A stretch of DNA of 64,000 bases from Gnetum montanum (lineage: Eukaryota > Plantae > Gnetophyta), in NCBI GenBank assembly GCA_015680685.1, contig MNCI01003408.1, positions 99,841-163,840 on the forward strand, read 5' to 3'. Every line of letters starts with the position of its first letter. Within the stretch, counting starts at the first letter, position 1. The translations under genes were made by a program, and so were the position numbers. This document shows, piece by piece, positions 13,381 through 27,300 of this stretch. The notes under the pieces are model-generated. The model worked only from the letters and a program-made list of their open reading frames with translations, searched no databases and was not told where the DNA came from.

Positions 13381-15127
13381 TAAAGCCTCTATGCTCCATA
13401 TTACAAATTTCCGTTAACAAAGCTCCATATTAAAAATTTCCACACAATTTTCTATGTCCACAAAATGTTATGGACTTCATCACACCACCATCCTTCCAAA
13501 CTAATTGAAGTTACATATTTCAATCTCTAGCATAAATAACTCTTTTCATTCTTGTTTTAAAAAGTTCAAAGTGCTTTACTAGCACAAATGATCTTTCAAA
13601 TATGGAACAACAAAATCCCATGAACTTTTAAGGAGAATGACATTAACTTAGATATAGTGGTTAGTAATAAAAAATTAGCAAAAGAAAGTGGTAAATAAAA
13701 TAAATCTTGATTGCAAGGCTTATATTATTATAAAGGTGTCTTCACAATGCTCCTAACTATTGACTAATTTGTTGCATGAGTTGTCTAATTACGATGTGCA
13801 CACAAGTTCTTGAGGATGTTGAAGTATAATCCACATGGAGTCCACTTTGCAACATTTGGCTACTTTGGGACCTTTTAAGTATTGCCAATCAATGCTTCCT
13901 CAAAGCAATGCCGTTATGCCAGCTATAGGCCATAATTGAATTGATTATCACAAATACAAGTCCTCAAGCAACATCTTCTCCTTCAAACTCTAATTTAAAG
14001 TTAAACTAATTTAAAACTATAGTTATTCTAGGCCAACTAAACTTGGCATTTGAAAACTTAATCAATCAGGAATGCATGTTTTCAAAACCCAAGTTCATGG
14101 CTATAAAATTTAGCTTGCACAACTTGGTATAAAGGATATTCAAAGTGCGTCATTTCAAATGGCAAAATGTTACATGGAACCAAACCACCTTCAATTGTCA
14201 TTTATTCTAATTAGATTCAACACCTTTGGATACTATTAGTCTCAGAAAAACTTCAACCCATGTAAACTAAAATTCATTATTTAGAAAAAACTATTGTCAG
14301 AATTGAATTCTGAAGAGTAAGATATGCCTAGATAAGGAAGCCACAGGGAAATCACACAATTTAACAGACATCTTTCATAGATCCACAAACTTGCCATGCC
14401 TACAACAGCAATCTCAGAAACCACAAATAAGCATTATTTGCCAATGAAATATGAAACAAATTAGTTGTCAGCAATCCAAATTCTTCAAACACAATCTGGC
14501 TGCTGTGTGATGCAACATAATTTTCAGGGATGTCTTGGCAATGACATAGTTAACAGTTGCTGAAAAAGAACAAAATCAAGTGAACACAAAGGAAAACTTT
14601 CGTTTCTGTACCCCACGGTTAACTTTCCAGTTCATGAAAATGCTGAACCATTCTATGCTAATTATCGCGCTGCCTGATTAAATATCCTTTCTTACAGTTT
14701 TACAATGTAAAGATGAAACCTCAAGAAACCAACTCTATATAGAATTTCTTCTCAAATCACGAAAGAAACAAATTACAATTCCTCAATTCATAAAAAGACT
14801 GAATCTGCAGTTTCAGTTCCTTGGAACAGCCAGGATGTATCTACATAGATGGTATGCTTACAAAACACAAAAACAAACATCTCATTCCTGCAGGAGAAAT
14901 AAGAATTTGCTTAGGACTCACAACAAGTAACATATCAAGGCTTCTGATCCTGTTATCCAGTAAAAGGTTTCTTCCAAACTATGAAGTCATCTCACTGCCA
15001 GTTTGTATTCTGTATTAACTGAAATCTTCGTTAAGTAATGTACAACTGCCGAAAGCATAAATTACACGATGCCAGAGACAAAATACATGTCATAAAACTG
15101 TGAAGGCAAGGCTGCAGCTATATTTTT

Positions 15128-15364
15128 CTAACTCTTATCTCCTTGAAATTCTGAAATATTTGAAATGGTAAGTTCATCCAAACCAGAACAATCCTTAATC
15201 CTTAGATTGTGTTCATTTGCTAGATGTAACAAGCAGATAAAGCAAATGTGCACTGACATGCTTTCATCTGCAACTGTTGCAGACTTGTAAGGAAGGCTAT
15301 TGAGAATGCTCTTGAATGATACCGTATTTTGGGGCTCTTCTTTGTCATCCAGATGTTCAATCCC
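15128..15364 (-). CDS. CAPH: CAP-H last exon (winged-helix C-terminus)
   Basis: SVHICFICLLHLANEHNLRI motif; stop TAG at 15128-15130; the AAG acceptor position is less certain. Confidence 0.88.
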   Translation of the reverse strand, partial: GIEHLDDKEEPQNTVSFKSILNSLPYKSATVADESMSVHICFICLLHLANEHNLRIKDCSGLDELTISNISEFQGDKS

Positions 15365-18300
15365 CTTGACATGAATTATTTTAGTTAGGGATAACGAAAC
15401 ACAAAGCAGCAAACACGTACAGATAAATAAAATGCAGATGCTCTTCATGTCATAACCAGTTTTCATAAGAGTTAAATAAGAATACCTAGCCAACAAAATT
15501 GGGAAGTAAAGTGAAAGAGCATGTCAAAGTTTTCAACAAGTCTAGCAGAAAAATATTGTTAGCTATTAGTAATACTTGTATACTCAGATTACTTCAAAAC
15601 ATTAAAGAACTAAATTTAAATAATTATTCATTGATGCAAAAAAAAAAACATAAAATAGTTTAGACAAATATAATAATACAGGCAGTTTAATAAAACTTCA
15701 TTCTCAGAGAAAGGAAATAAAACTGACTTGTTTTGTTTATTTCTCACATAATATTGAAGACTCTCCACAATTTAAAAAAAAAATGACTTACAAAACTGAT
15801 ATGTTTTATTACATCGACGTGGAGACTACAAGACCAGACAAATCTATTGGACAAAGATCAGTTTTAAAATAAATCCAAAACACATTTACAAATGGTGTCT
15901 GCATGATTAAAAACATTCAAGTATTGTGCAACTTAACCTCCAAGTAAATATATGTAGGGGCTGGCTTGGAAAATGGTGTTCATCTCCATATCCAGAGCAA
16001 GGTGTATATAAAAAAAATAAGTACACAACCCATCCATTCAAGGTATTGAGATGTATTATATAAAAAAGTTACTGTTCCCTAAAAATGCTACATGCTTTAT
16101 ACAAGTGACACCAACCAAATGTATCATTCACCTAATTGCTGATTTTGAATTTAGGTGAATTGCCTATCATAGCACCCAAATGGCTTTTGGCTTCTAATCA
16201 TAATTCCTGTGTGTTTATTTTATGAAAAGCAAGTCAACATACATAATCACACACATATTCTCATTATTTTTGTAAAATGGGAATTTAAATTCCTTTTTCT
16301 TGTTTTTTGTGGGCAGCAGAGCACAGATTTCAACTCTCTGTTGATAATAGAACAAAATAGAGGAAATAAGAAAACAGCCATGAACTTAACTGTCTCTAAC
16401 TAGAAATCATCATACTTTAGGAACCAAAATCTGATTTCTGAGCAACCAGATGAGCAAGTTTCGTGTAATCATTATGCCAAATGGATATATAAAATTAGTG
16501 AAGTGACATGTGTATGTTAAACAAGCTTGACTTCCATGAAAGATTAACATGGTGTCAAACTATTCCTAACTTCACAACTTAATTTTCAGCAACTATTGTT
16601 TTCACAAGGAGGGAAATGTAGGCTTGAACAAAGAACCATTTAACAATGGATTGAGACTTGACAACTCTCTCAATAAATCCCCATAAGTGAAGAAGAAACT
16701 GCTCAACAAAACAAAGCATGCACATTTCACTTTTCATCATGTGAAAGAGAACCAATCATCAACATACATAATTTCTTTTTATTTTAATAAGTATGTAGTG
16801 GACCCTTTGACCATCCGTCACACACTAGGTGCTTTCAACCCTACAACATCTTGTAACCCACACAAGAAAAACACCAGGATTGGATAAAATGGTGAGGGCT
16901 AACAACATTAAGCACCTCTAAAAGCTAAGCCTTTATAGCCACACAAGAGATCACCACCCTTGATTAAAGTTGCTTGGTCAAACAAGGGCATTTTCATCCC
17001 TCATAAAAATTATATCCTTGACCTCAAGAAGAATGATAGGTTAGGATGCAGCCCTATTGATTCTCCTATGGAGGCAAACCACCATAGCAGGTGTGATGAT
17101 GGAGAGGTGGTAGACAAAGGTATTGGAGAATAGGTTCTTTCTCTCTTACTCATTCAAATATAGCCTATGTTGTATATGTGATTATTCAGTTCATGCATGA
17201 ACCCCACTCCTCTTGCTTAGATGTAATTTGTTGTGTTTCATATATTTAAAATTTGGTCTTGAGAAGGGATTATTATTTTGAAATCATGCCCACCTGAGAA
17301 TAGAAGCCTTTACTGATGCTAATTGGGCCGGATCACCTAATGATCACAGGTCTACATCAGGATATTGTACATTTATCGGTGGAAATTTAGTCTCCGATGT
17401 AGTGAGACACGAACAGTAGTTGCAAGATCTAATGCACAAGCAAAATACAAAGCTATTTCACATGAAGTTTGCAAACTCCTATGCCTTAAGAACTTAATGA
17501 AAGACCAAGGGATGGAACATGATAGACCATTTTTGTTGTATTGTCATAACAAGACTGCCATTAATACTCCTCACAATCCTGTTCAAAATGATAGAACGGA
17601 GCACATTGAGATTGACAGACATCTTATCAAAGAGAAGATAAATCAGGGACCGATTTGTATACTTCTGCAAAGCCTGAAAATTAGTTAGCTAATAGTAAAG
17701 GTCTTTGCAGTAAGGTGTGTCACTCTATTGTATGAGAGATGGGCATTAATGACAACTGTAAAATAGGTGTAACTGAGTGGGTAAGCATTTATTGTTGACA
17801 GTTGTATTATTATTGTAGCTTAGTGAGAATTTATGTAAAAAGTATTTGTCATCTAATATAAATACAGATGTAGATCGGAAAAAAATTCAGTCTGAAACCT
17901 TTCTGGTATATTTTTTTCTTTTTACTCTCTTCACTCTAATTTCAACTAAAATTCATCTTTAGCTAGAACTGTAGGGCACAAGTTACACCCTATAAAAGAA
18001 ATACCTTGAGACGGATTGTTCATGATGAGAAGTGTGATATCGTATGCCTACAAGAGACCAAGCTGCAGGAGATAGAATCTAGCCATCTCATCTAGGAGAG
18101 CTGGAAAGTGCACCTGCACCCCTATGTGGGTCAGGCAGGGGCTAGGTATTCTCGCCCAATATGACATGACGTTGGTGGATTCTTCGCAATGGGGCCCTGA
18201 CAATTCATATCCCCTCTCAGGGAATATGGTTAACCAAGTTCTATGGGCCTCAAGTGTGGGAGCAAAGACTTCAGGAATTGGAATGGGTGGCGACGCTGGT

Positions 18301-21300
18301 GCAGGACTGCTTTGCATGGCTGGTCGTGGGGGATTTCAACCAAAGGCTACACCCCGGGCACCCAGGAGTTTCAAGATTTCCTGGCAATGCACTCATTGGT
18401 GGATCTTCCCATTGAGAATTGCCTATTCAAATGGAGCAATAGGCAACAAGGGCTTGACCACATCCTTTCCAGAATTGGCCAGGTCTGCATCAATTCTGAC
18501 CTCCTCCTACAATTGGTCGCACGGGTTACAGGACAAGAACGGGTGGCTTCAGGCCACTGCTCCCTAATTTGTTCGCTTGGGCCCAAACAGGGCCAGACAC
18601 CTCGACCGTTTCATTTCGAGGCCACTTGGTTGCACAAGCCTTGGTTAAGGCCATTAGTTGAGGATATTTGGGCAAACTACAAACAGGACCAAGGAGACCC
18701 CAGGAACTTCCTCAAAGGACTATTTCGTTTGAGATGGGCTATCCTATCCTTACCTATGCAGGACAAATTCTCTTTTAGGATGGGCCACACAGTTCTTTGG
18801 GACAGGTTAATTCAAATTCAATCCCAGCAAGAGGCTAGGGAGGATCTACATGAAGAAGAATAGAATATCCTAATCCAACTACGAGCCCTTGACCTGGAGA
18901 AGGAGGCGTAATGGAAGCAACGGTCACGGATTAGATGGCTTTGAGAGGGGGACAAGCAGACAAAATTCTTCTTTGCTATCACCAAGACATGTGGATGGAG
19001 CCAACCACATAGACTACACACCACTAGGGGAGGGATAACAGATGAGCCACATGACGTAGCTATTGAGTTGATGCACTATTGGGAGACGATCTCGACAAAG
19101 CAACCCACAAAGACCATTTTGGTTCGAATTGCACAAGTGTTAAACGAGGAGGATAACATTAAACTGCTAGCTCCATTTTCCTGGCAAGAACTAACAACAA
19201 CGATCAACGATATGCTGAGGGGGGGAAGCACCAGGGCTAGATGGTTGGAGCCTTGAATTTTTCAAGACCCTCTTGGATATTGTGGGGCCCAACATTCTGG
19301 ATGCCTTCACTCTAATGTTGGCCAAGAAGCAGGTTCAACGGGACCTTAACTGCTCTCAAATTGTGTGCATCCCCAAGCAAGCAAAGGCACATCTCCCAAA
19401 ACACTTTTGACCCATCGGGGTTTGCAACATCCTAATTCGGGTATTCTCCAAGATGATCATGTGCACGCTAGCTCCGCTAATGCCCAAACTAGTGGGGGTC
19501 AACCAAATAGGGTTCATACAAGTCTGGACCCTGCAGGACCAAGTGCTTCTCATGCAAGAAGTTTTTCACTCCCTTCGGATCTCGAAATTCCCCAAGCTCT
19601 ATCTCAAGTTGGACATAACTAAAGCGTATGATACTCTCAGCTGGGAGGCCTTGGCTACCATCATGCAAAAAAAAGGTTTTGACCCTGGCTTTATCCAACT
19701 CTACATCCACTTGCAATCGTCCGTGGGCTTCTCCTTCGACGTGGGGGGGGTGACTATGGGGCCTCTCCTTGCCTGGGAGGGGGCTATAGCAAGGGTATCT
19801 ACTCTCGCCGTTACTTTTCATTATTGCTATGGATCTCCTATAGTCTTACTGCAAGGCAACGAGTGTCAAGGGTCTAGAAATAGCAAGGGTAGAACATCTA
19901 GCTAAGCACTACGCAGATGACACAATGCTGATTAGTCACACTGGGGTCACACAAGCACATGGCATCAATCTCACGCTCTCATGGATGGCAGACAAGCTTG
20001 GGCTGGTAATTAACCAAACTAAGTCAATGGCCCATTTTTTAAACATGGATGCACAGGTGAAGAGTATAGTGGCGCAAACCCTGAACATTTCGTCTAGAAC
20101 GATCAGGGATACTTACCTGGGCATCCCGCTTTTCCAGTGGGGGTGGTGTGTTTCTTGGGGGGCGCTATTAGAAAAAGTTGAAAAACGGGTCAGAAACTGG
20201 GCCAATCATTTCCTGACCAAGAAGGGGAGGTTGATAGTTGCCTCAGGGGTGCTTACAATGATGACTTGTTTTGTGGCCACTATCACCCCCCCACCACCCN
20301 NNNNNNNNNNNNNNNNNNNNNNNNNNNNNNNNNNNNNNNNNNNNNNNNNNNNNNNNNNNNNNNNNNNNNNNNNNNNNNNNNNNNNNNNNNNNNNNNNNNN
20401 NNNNNNNNNNNNNNNNNNNNNNNNNNNNNNNNNNNNNNNNNNNNNNNNNNNNNNNNNNNNNNNNNNNNNNNNNNNNNNNNNNNNNNNNNNNNNNNNNNNN
20501 NNNNNNNNNNNNNNNNNNNNNNNNNNNNNNNNNNNNNNNNNNNNNNNNNNNNNNNNNNNNNNNNNNNNNNNNNNNNNNNNNNNNNNNNNNNNNNNNNNNN
20601 NNNNNNNNNNNNNNNNNNNNNNNNNNNNNNNNNNNNNNNNNNNNNNNNNNNNNNNNNNNNNNNNNNNNNNNNNNNNNNNNNNNNNNNNNNNNNNNNNNNN
20701 NNNNNNNNNNNNNNNNNNNNNNNNNNNNNNNNNNNNNNNNNNNNNNNNNNNNNNNNNNNNNNNNNNNNNNNNNNNNNNNNNNNNNNNNNNNNNNNNNNNN
20801 NNNNNNNNNNNNNNNNNNNNNNNNNNNNNNNNNNNNNNNNNNNNNNNNNNNNNNNNNNNNNNNNNNNNNNNNNNNNNNNNNNNNNNNNNNNNNNNNNNNN
20901 NNNNNNNNNNNNNNNNNNNNNNNNNNNNNNNNNNNNNNNNNNNNNNNNNNNNNNNNGCACACCAGGATGTTACATCTATGAAAATCTCGATAGGTGAGGT
21001 TAGGAACAATGTAAAAAAGCCCGTCACAAAACCTTGTGATAACCAAGTGGCAATAAAAGTTATCCAAAATCTAGTGTATCATGGTAACAATAAGCGTGTT
21101 GAGATAAGTGTTCACTTTGCACATAAAAAGCATAATGAAGGTTATGTTGCTGTGCAATTTATATCCGTGAAGTTCCAAAATTTAAATGAATTCACAAAAG
21201 CAGTTCTGAGACAAGCCTTTGAGTATTTCGTGAACAAACCAGTGGCTTTCCAATCTCTCTTGGCAATGTGCAATGAGACGCATAAATATTAATAATTGTG

Positions 21301-24300
21301 GAACTTGTAATGTTTTCTTTTAATGTATTAACCAAGAGAGGATGGATAATGGACGCCGCTCTGTTGTCTACAAAGCTTATACATATCCTTCCACTACACG
21401 TTACTCCAAGTCTTAATGAAGTATGAATTAAGGAGTATTAAGAATGTAATTCATCCTTCATTGAGCATCATTGATGCACGGATTAACAACTTGGTGATTA
21501 AGCAATCGCAGTCACAAATAGTTAATTCACAAAAAGACAGATCACGAAGTGACGCATGGAAGAACGGTTATGTTTGTTCATGAGGTTCATAGCCCGGATC
21601 CAAAGGAAAAAACGTACAAGTCAAAGAAGGGGAGTACAATTACATCTTCAAGAAAGTTTGTGAACACTCCAATCACATAGACAAAATCCATGATATCGAT
21701 GAAATCATCTAAAAATGCAGAAGAAACTGTGAATTGAAAAAAACATTTTTGTCTCTAAAACTCATAGTAATTGAACTATACTAAAAATACTGTGTTGTAT
21801 TAATCTTGTGAAATCCAACACATGCTAATGGCTTTTAAGTTGCCTTTTTGAATCGCTCTTCCTGTAATCCATTAATCTAAACCAACATATATTACAATTT
21901 GTAAAACTGCATGCCTGTTCAATTATGCTCTCAAAATAAATATAAACATGAGTTTTCTTCAAAGCAGTTCCAAGCAACAAGAAACATACAATATTGAATA
22001 TTTTTCTAATATACTTTTAAATGTCTCAAAATTGAAAAAAAGGTTAAAGTTTTAATGATATTATGTACATTTTTGTTTGAAGAGAGTTCAGGTCATTATA
22101 TTAATCACAATAAAATTTACATGTGTCCTATGCAATCACAAAATGAGGGGGTTATTGACCCCTTCCACTCACCTGAACCCATAACCAAGAGAGCCCCCAA
22201 AAACACTCAGATTCCTCCTGAGCTATCCAAAATTGGCGTCCTGATTCAAAAAACGTCCAGGACAGCCCCACAAACCTCAAAACCAAACAAAGAAAAACAA
22301 CTAAAAAAAACAATGACCCAAGCCCACATCCTATATATGGCAAGGAAGGCCTGTACAGCGGCAAATGGCACTTTCTTGGCAATGGATAGCATCGAGAACA
22401 GCACGATGCCTCTTGGTATCCACAAAAACAATGACCTGCTGAAAATCTTTAAATGCTTCCACTTTCCTCACACACTCCCCTCCCCCAACACAAAAATAAA
22501 AACCCACAAAAACATTGTAGCACCCGCCACGATGTATTGCAATCAATATTCAAATCTATATTATTTATATTTAAAGTCCACTAAATTATTGAATTACTAT
22601 GTTGATAAGTTCTACTTGCTCAACTCTTCTCCATATGTGCACTATAAATCAGCCAAGCTGAACACTATAAATCAGGGATCCTAACAATGTTTGATCCCCA
22701 CATGACAAGAGGCATTAAACATTGATTAAAAAAAACAAATTATTTTATGCATAGGAAAAGGAAAATAACCATCAAACAGTAGTCAAAACATAGTTGATAA
22801 GTAATAGTCAACACTAAATACCCATAAATTGATTGATGAACAAACCTGACCTTGAAATCAAACAAGATTGTGTGTTCTATTTCAATATCAGACCAACTAG
22901 CAATACAATACAAGGATAATTATCAACTCAGAAACACTTTGCCAAATAAAACAGCCTAGAGAAAATATGATTAAATACCAAATATATCCATCAATCACAA
23001 TATTTGGCTATAGGAAAATCTAAATAGAATAGCTTTTAAAGTCATAAAAATTAAGAAACGCATTAAATCATTTTTGAACCTCTTGCAAATCTGAGAAGGC
23101 TTGCATACAATTCCAAAGAGTTTCTTTAACCATCCATACATCAAACTCTTTCGAGGTTTTGTCATAGTCAACATCAACTTTTGTCACCTGAAATGTTGAA
23201 AGGTTTGATGAGATCAAATCTGAGCAAAAAAAACACATGTATAAAGAAGTACAACATCTTAAAATTTTAAAATCATCAAACAATTGTAGCTGTCAGAATT
23301 CTACGTTATACAAATAAGCACTATGAAGAAAACCTGGAATAGATCCTTGATAATACTTCTTCAGTGATCTCTCAATTGCTATGAACCTCTCTCTCTCTCT
23401 CTCCCTCTCCCCCCAAGGTATGAGACGTAAACTTGGTATGAGAAGTAAACTTAGCCCCAAGAAGTGATATGGCCAAGAATAAGAAATAAAAAGGGATAGG
23501 CTTAAAAGATAGTACAGGTAAATTAACCCTTTCATCCGGAGATGGTTGGAAAATATGGTGTTAAATTGCCATAGCCTTTGGATGAGGTGGAAAATAAAAC
23601 TAAAATTAAATTTTGATTTCTGGAGAACCATTCTAAGGGCTTGAGAGTACAAGGCATTGATTGGTGGACTTGCAAAAATACTTTTGACAGTCGTAATTAT
23701 CTTGCATAACACCTGATTATATCTCTTGTTGCTTGCATGAAATATTCTACGTGATCAGCAGTTCAAAGCTTCTTGCTTTCTTGGTATTTGCAGGAGAAAA
23801 TTAGTTCAAAGTAGTTCTTTCACTTAGAGGAAAATCAGTCTATCTCAAAGACAAAGCAGTTAACTTAGGCCATTCAATCTGTGGTTGGATTCACAATCTT
23901 CCTGTTGTACCAGACCCTTGGAGTTCTTACACTCTTGAGGAGCTCATATCATTTGGCACAATAAATCATGTACATCTACATCCTTGCACAGATTCAATGC
24001 ATCTAGCATGGTACTTTGTCTTGCCCAGTTTTTGGTAAAACTTAGACCAAAGTTTTGATTCAGGAAGAAAGAAGTGAAGTTATGATGCTTTCCAAACCAT
24101 TGGTTACACCTAACACCATACCAAAAGTGATATTACGTTAAAAAAATATATCTTGTCCCTTTTCACTTTTTGCTTTCATGCTACATTTAATAGCCATAGC
24201 AAAGTTATGTACTGTTCATTCTGCTTGCGCTTGTTAAATCAAAAGTCACAATTACACTCACAACATCAAAAAAAAAGTTCTAAAAAAGTTCATTTACTCT

Positions 24301-27300
24301 ATTTACCCCTGTCCAGAGTTCATAACAGTCTTAACAATGTACGACTGGAATCAGAAAAATTGCTGGACTGGCCTGTTACAAAAACTTCAACAATGGATTG
24401 GGCACTAGTCCAATCATTTTCTGACCGGGAAGGGATGCCTCTTTCTAGCTACTTCTGTGCTCTCGGCCATTACCCATTTTACAGCGACTATGGCCAACCC
24501 TCAACAGCCATTGTGCAACAAGTGGATCAGTTGTTCATGAATTTCATTTGGTCCGGTGGAAAAGGGGTGAATGCATACATCTTCTTGATTGGGACAAGGT
24601 GGCCCATCCAAAGGCTGCTTGTGGTCTCAGCATTTTAAAGTTCCGAGATGTCATTACCATAAAACTCCAACACTTAATTGTTTCATACAAACTCATAATC
24701 ATGCAACACATTGGATAGAATAAATATCAACAATGGAGCACAGGTAATAGGGATTCTTACATATGGCAGGCTTTATGCCAGCATGCCACTTTCATGATTC
24801 AAAATAATTGCTTAGACACCCAGCCGCAAGACATTCTCAAGCACCTTTTTCCATTGGTTTAGGGGTGGACCCGAATATGGGTGGGGAGACTCATAGAAAA
24901 GATTAAACTATTCCTTTGGCTTGCACTTCAAGACATGCTTCCGGTTAGTTCTATGCTACATGCACAAGCGTTGCCTACTATTGACACCTATCTGATGGGC
25001 TTGATTGCACCGGAGACCTCCTTACACTTCATTTACCAATGCATTTTTTCTTGAGTGATTTGATGTGCTTCAACCTTAACTCCTCCTCTCCATCTCTCCA
25101 AGGGAGTTCTTGGGCGACGACGACATTGTGGTTTCTATGGTGTACACGTAACGCTTTGGCCTTCTGGTTTGAGCAACTTCCTCCACCTAGTCAAGTTGTG
25201 GCTCTTGGGGCTCGTTTGTAGGCTGAAGTGATCAACACAATAGGGGTTACCCCTACTTTTGATCCCAATTGTTAGACTTTTCACACTAATCCGATGTGGG
25301 ATCTAGTTGAGCAAATTGGTTGGGCAGATCTTTTTCCTGCTTTGATAAGGGATTCTAACCTAGAGGATGGGGCTTTTTTCAACAAATGGGAGCACAATGC
25401 TACGTTTTTCTGTGTTGTGCAAATCATGATGATGGAGGATGCATTTATGGAATATCTCAACATTCCAGCTATGGGCAAAGTGGTCTTGCCATTGGGCATG
25501 GGCTACAAGATGCAATGGACTTTTTCACTAGCCCAATCCCCAAAACGAGAAGTGGCTAGGTGCCTAGGTCAACCCTGCCACAAATGTGGCTAAATGCTAT
25601 TGAGCTAGTTGATCATTTTTTTTGTTCAATCTAGCAACATGTGGAAGCTCCAAGGCTTCCACTTCACTTTCCTTAAATGTTTGCGACAAGGACAAGTTGT
25701 GAACTTGCCTAGGTACTTCTTGGCCTCACTACGCCAACGGCAATGCGGGCACCATTCAAGGCTTATGCTCGCCTTATGGCAGGGGGCTCTGCTGCAAGAT
25801 CCTCAGCCTATTAGGTCCTACTAGGTTGTCACCCCTTAACACGATGTGGGGTACTAAGAACTACGATGCTGGTCACAGGAATCCTCCAATGAATGGGCTT
25901 ATGGCTGATGTGCATGTTGGGTTGTTGCCAAAGGAGGGACCTTGGCCCCCACTTCTTGCAAGTCACATCATCAAGGCTGCAGTGCCAACGGCTAAAGAGG
26001 CCCAACAAAAGGAAATGGTGAAATGTGAAGACAAATGGAAGCATAGCAAGGTAGAGTTCACCTAAGAGCTACAGCAAATCATGTTACACCTGAAAAAGGA
26101 AGCAAAAGAGGAGCTTAGGTGGTATGAGATGAATGAGGCAATGCATTAGAATGCTGCAAAAACAATGATGTGTCAAATCCTAGGACAAGAGCTCATTAGG
26201 GAAGAGCAAGAAAGGGTTGCAAGGGAGACGACAAAAGCTAAGGAGAGGGAGATTGAGCGGTTGAAGGCTAAACAATTGCAACAAGAACAAGATTTGGTAC
26301 ATGAGACCAAGACTTGTCTTTGGTTTCGAACCCATCGATGCCCCTGTGTCATCATGAATGTGAACAGGCACACATTGTGGCATGCATTACAAAGATTTAT
26401 TGCATTACAAAGATTTATTAGACATACTTTGGCTAGTCTTCACTCAAACACCCCAAGTAATCAAGGGGACCAACGCATGAAAGAGGAGGCTTACAAAAAG
26501 TTTCAACAGGTAGTTACCTTCATGGATACTCAAAGGCATCAAGAGGTATTGGATACAATCCACTACCAACAACAGGTTGGCTATGCTTACTCTCGACTAT
26601 AGCATCCAATCTAGGGACTGGGATGTTGGGTTTTCTGGTGCCATCTGCAATTCTTTGGATCACCATTTTGGTTTGTCTGCTTGTTTTCCCTTTATCTTGT
26701 GTCTAGTTTGTTTGATTAATTGTTGGTGTTTGGGACCTGAGACTTTTGGTGGGTTGGCCCCTACCCAAGGGGATTTGAGGAATTGTCTTATTCTCCATGT
26801 TGTCCCATTTGTCTATATAATGCTCTGATAGACCATTTTGTGGGATTTGAGGCCTATCATATGGGTTGTTTTGAATGGTTGGCAATTTCAAGGGGTGGGG
26901 ACTTGGGGGTTCTTTCTCCTTGATCTCACTCTTCAATCACCTTGTAAATTCTCCCATTAATACAATTCCTGACCTTTTCAAAAACAAAAAAAAAACAATC
27001 CTCACATTTTGTCTTTGAAAAGGCTATTGACTTGAGGACTTCAAATCATAGTCGTCTATGTCTCTCCTTCGAGGTCCAAAGGTGGTTTTTACCCCCATTA
27101 TACTAGAGTGAGTATGGATCAAAAGAGTGAAGCTTTAATAGAAGGCTGAAACTATCCAGAGCTCTTATCCTATAAGGATGAACCTCCACAACTTCCTACA
27201 ATCTACTCTAATCAAGATCAAGCAATTCATTAAAGAAGAAAACACCCATTCAAGTTCCTAAAGGATCAACCCTTGAGTTGTCTCCAACAAATACAAGCAC

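Noticed and set aside
19925-21292. Long ORFs of 225-455 aa, including an apparent LINE-copia fusion
   Set aside because: They read through the N gap and are not real ORFs.
26382-26417. ALQRFI repeated in the copy B J-domain
   Set aside because: An 18-bp tandem duplication private to one dead copy.
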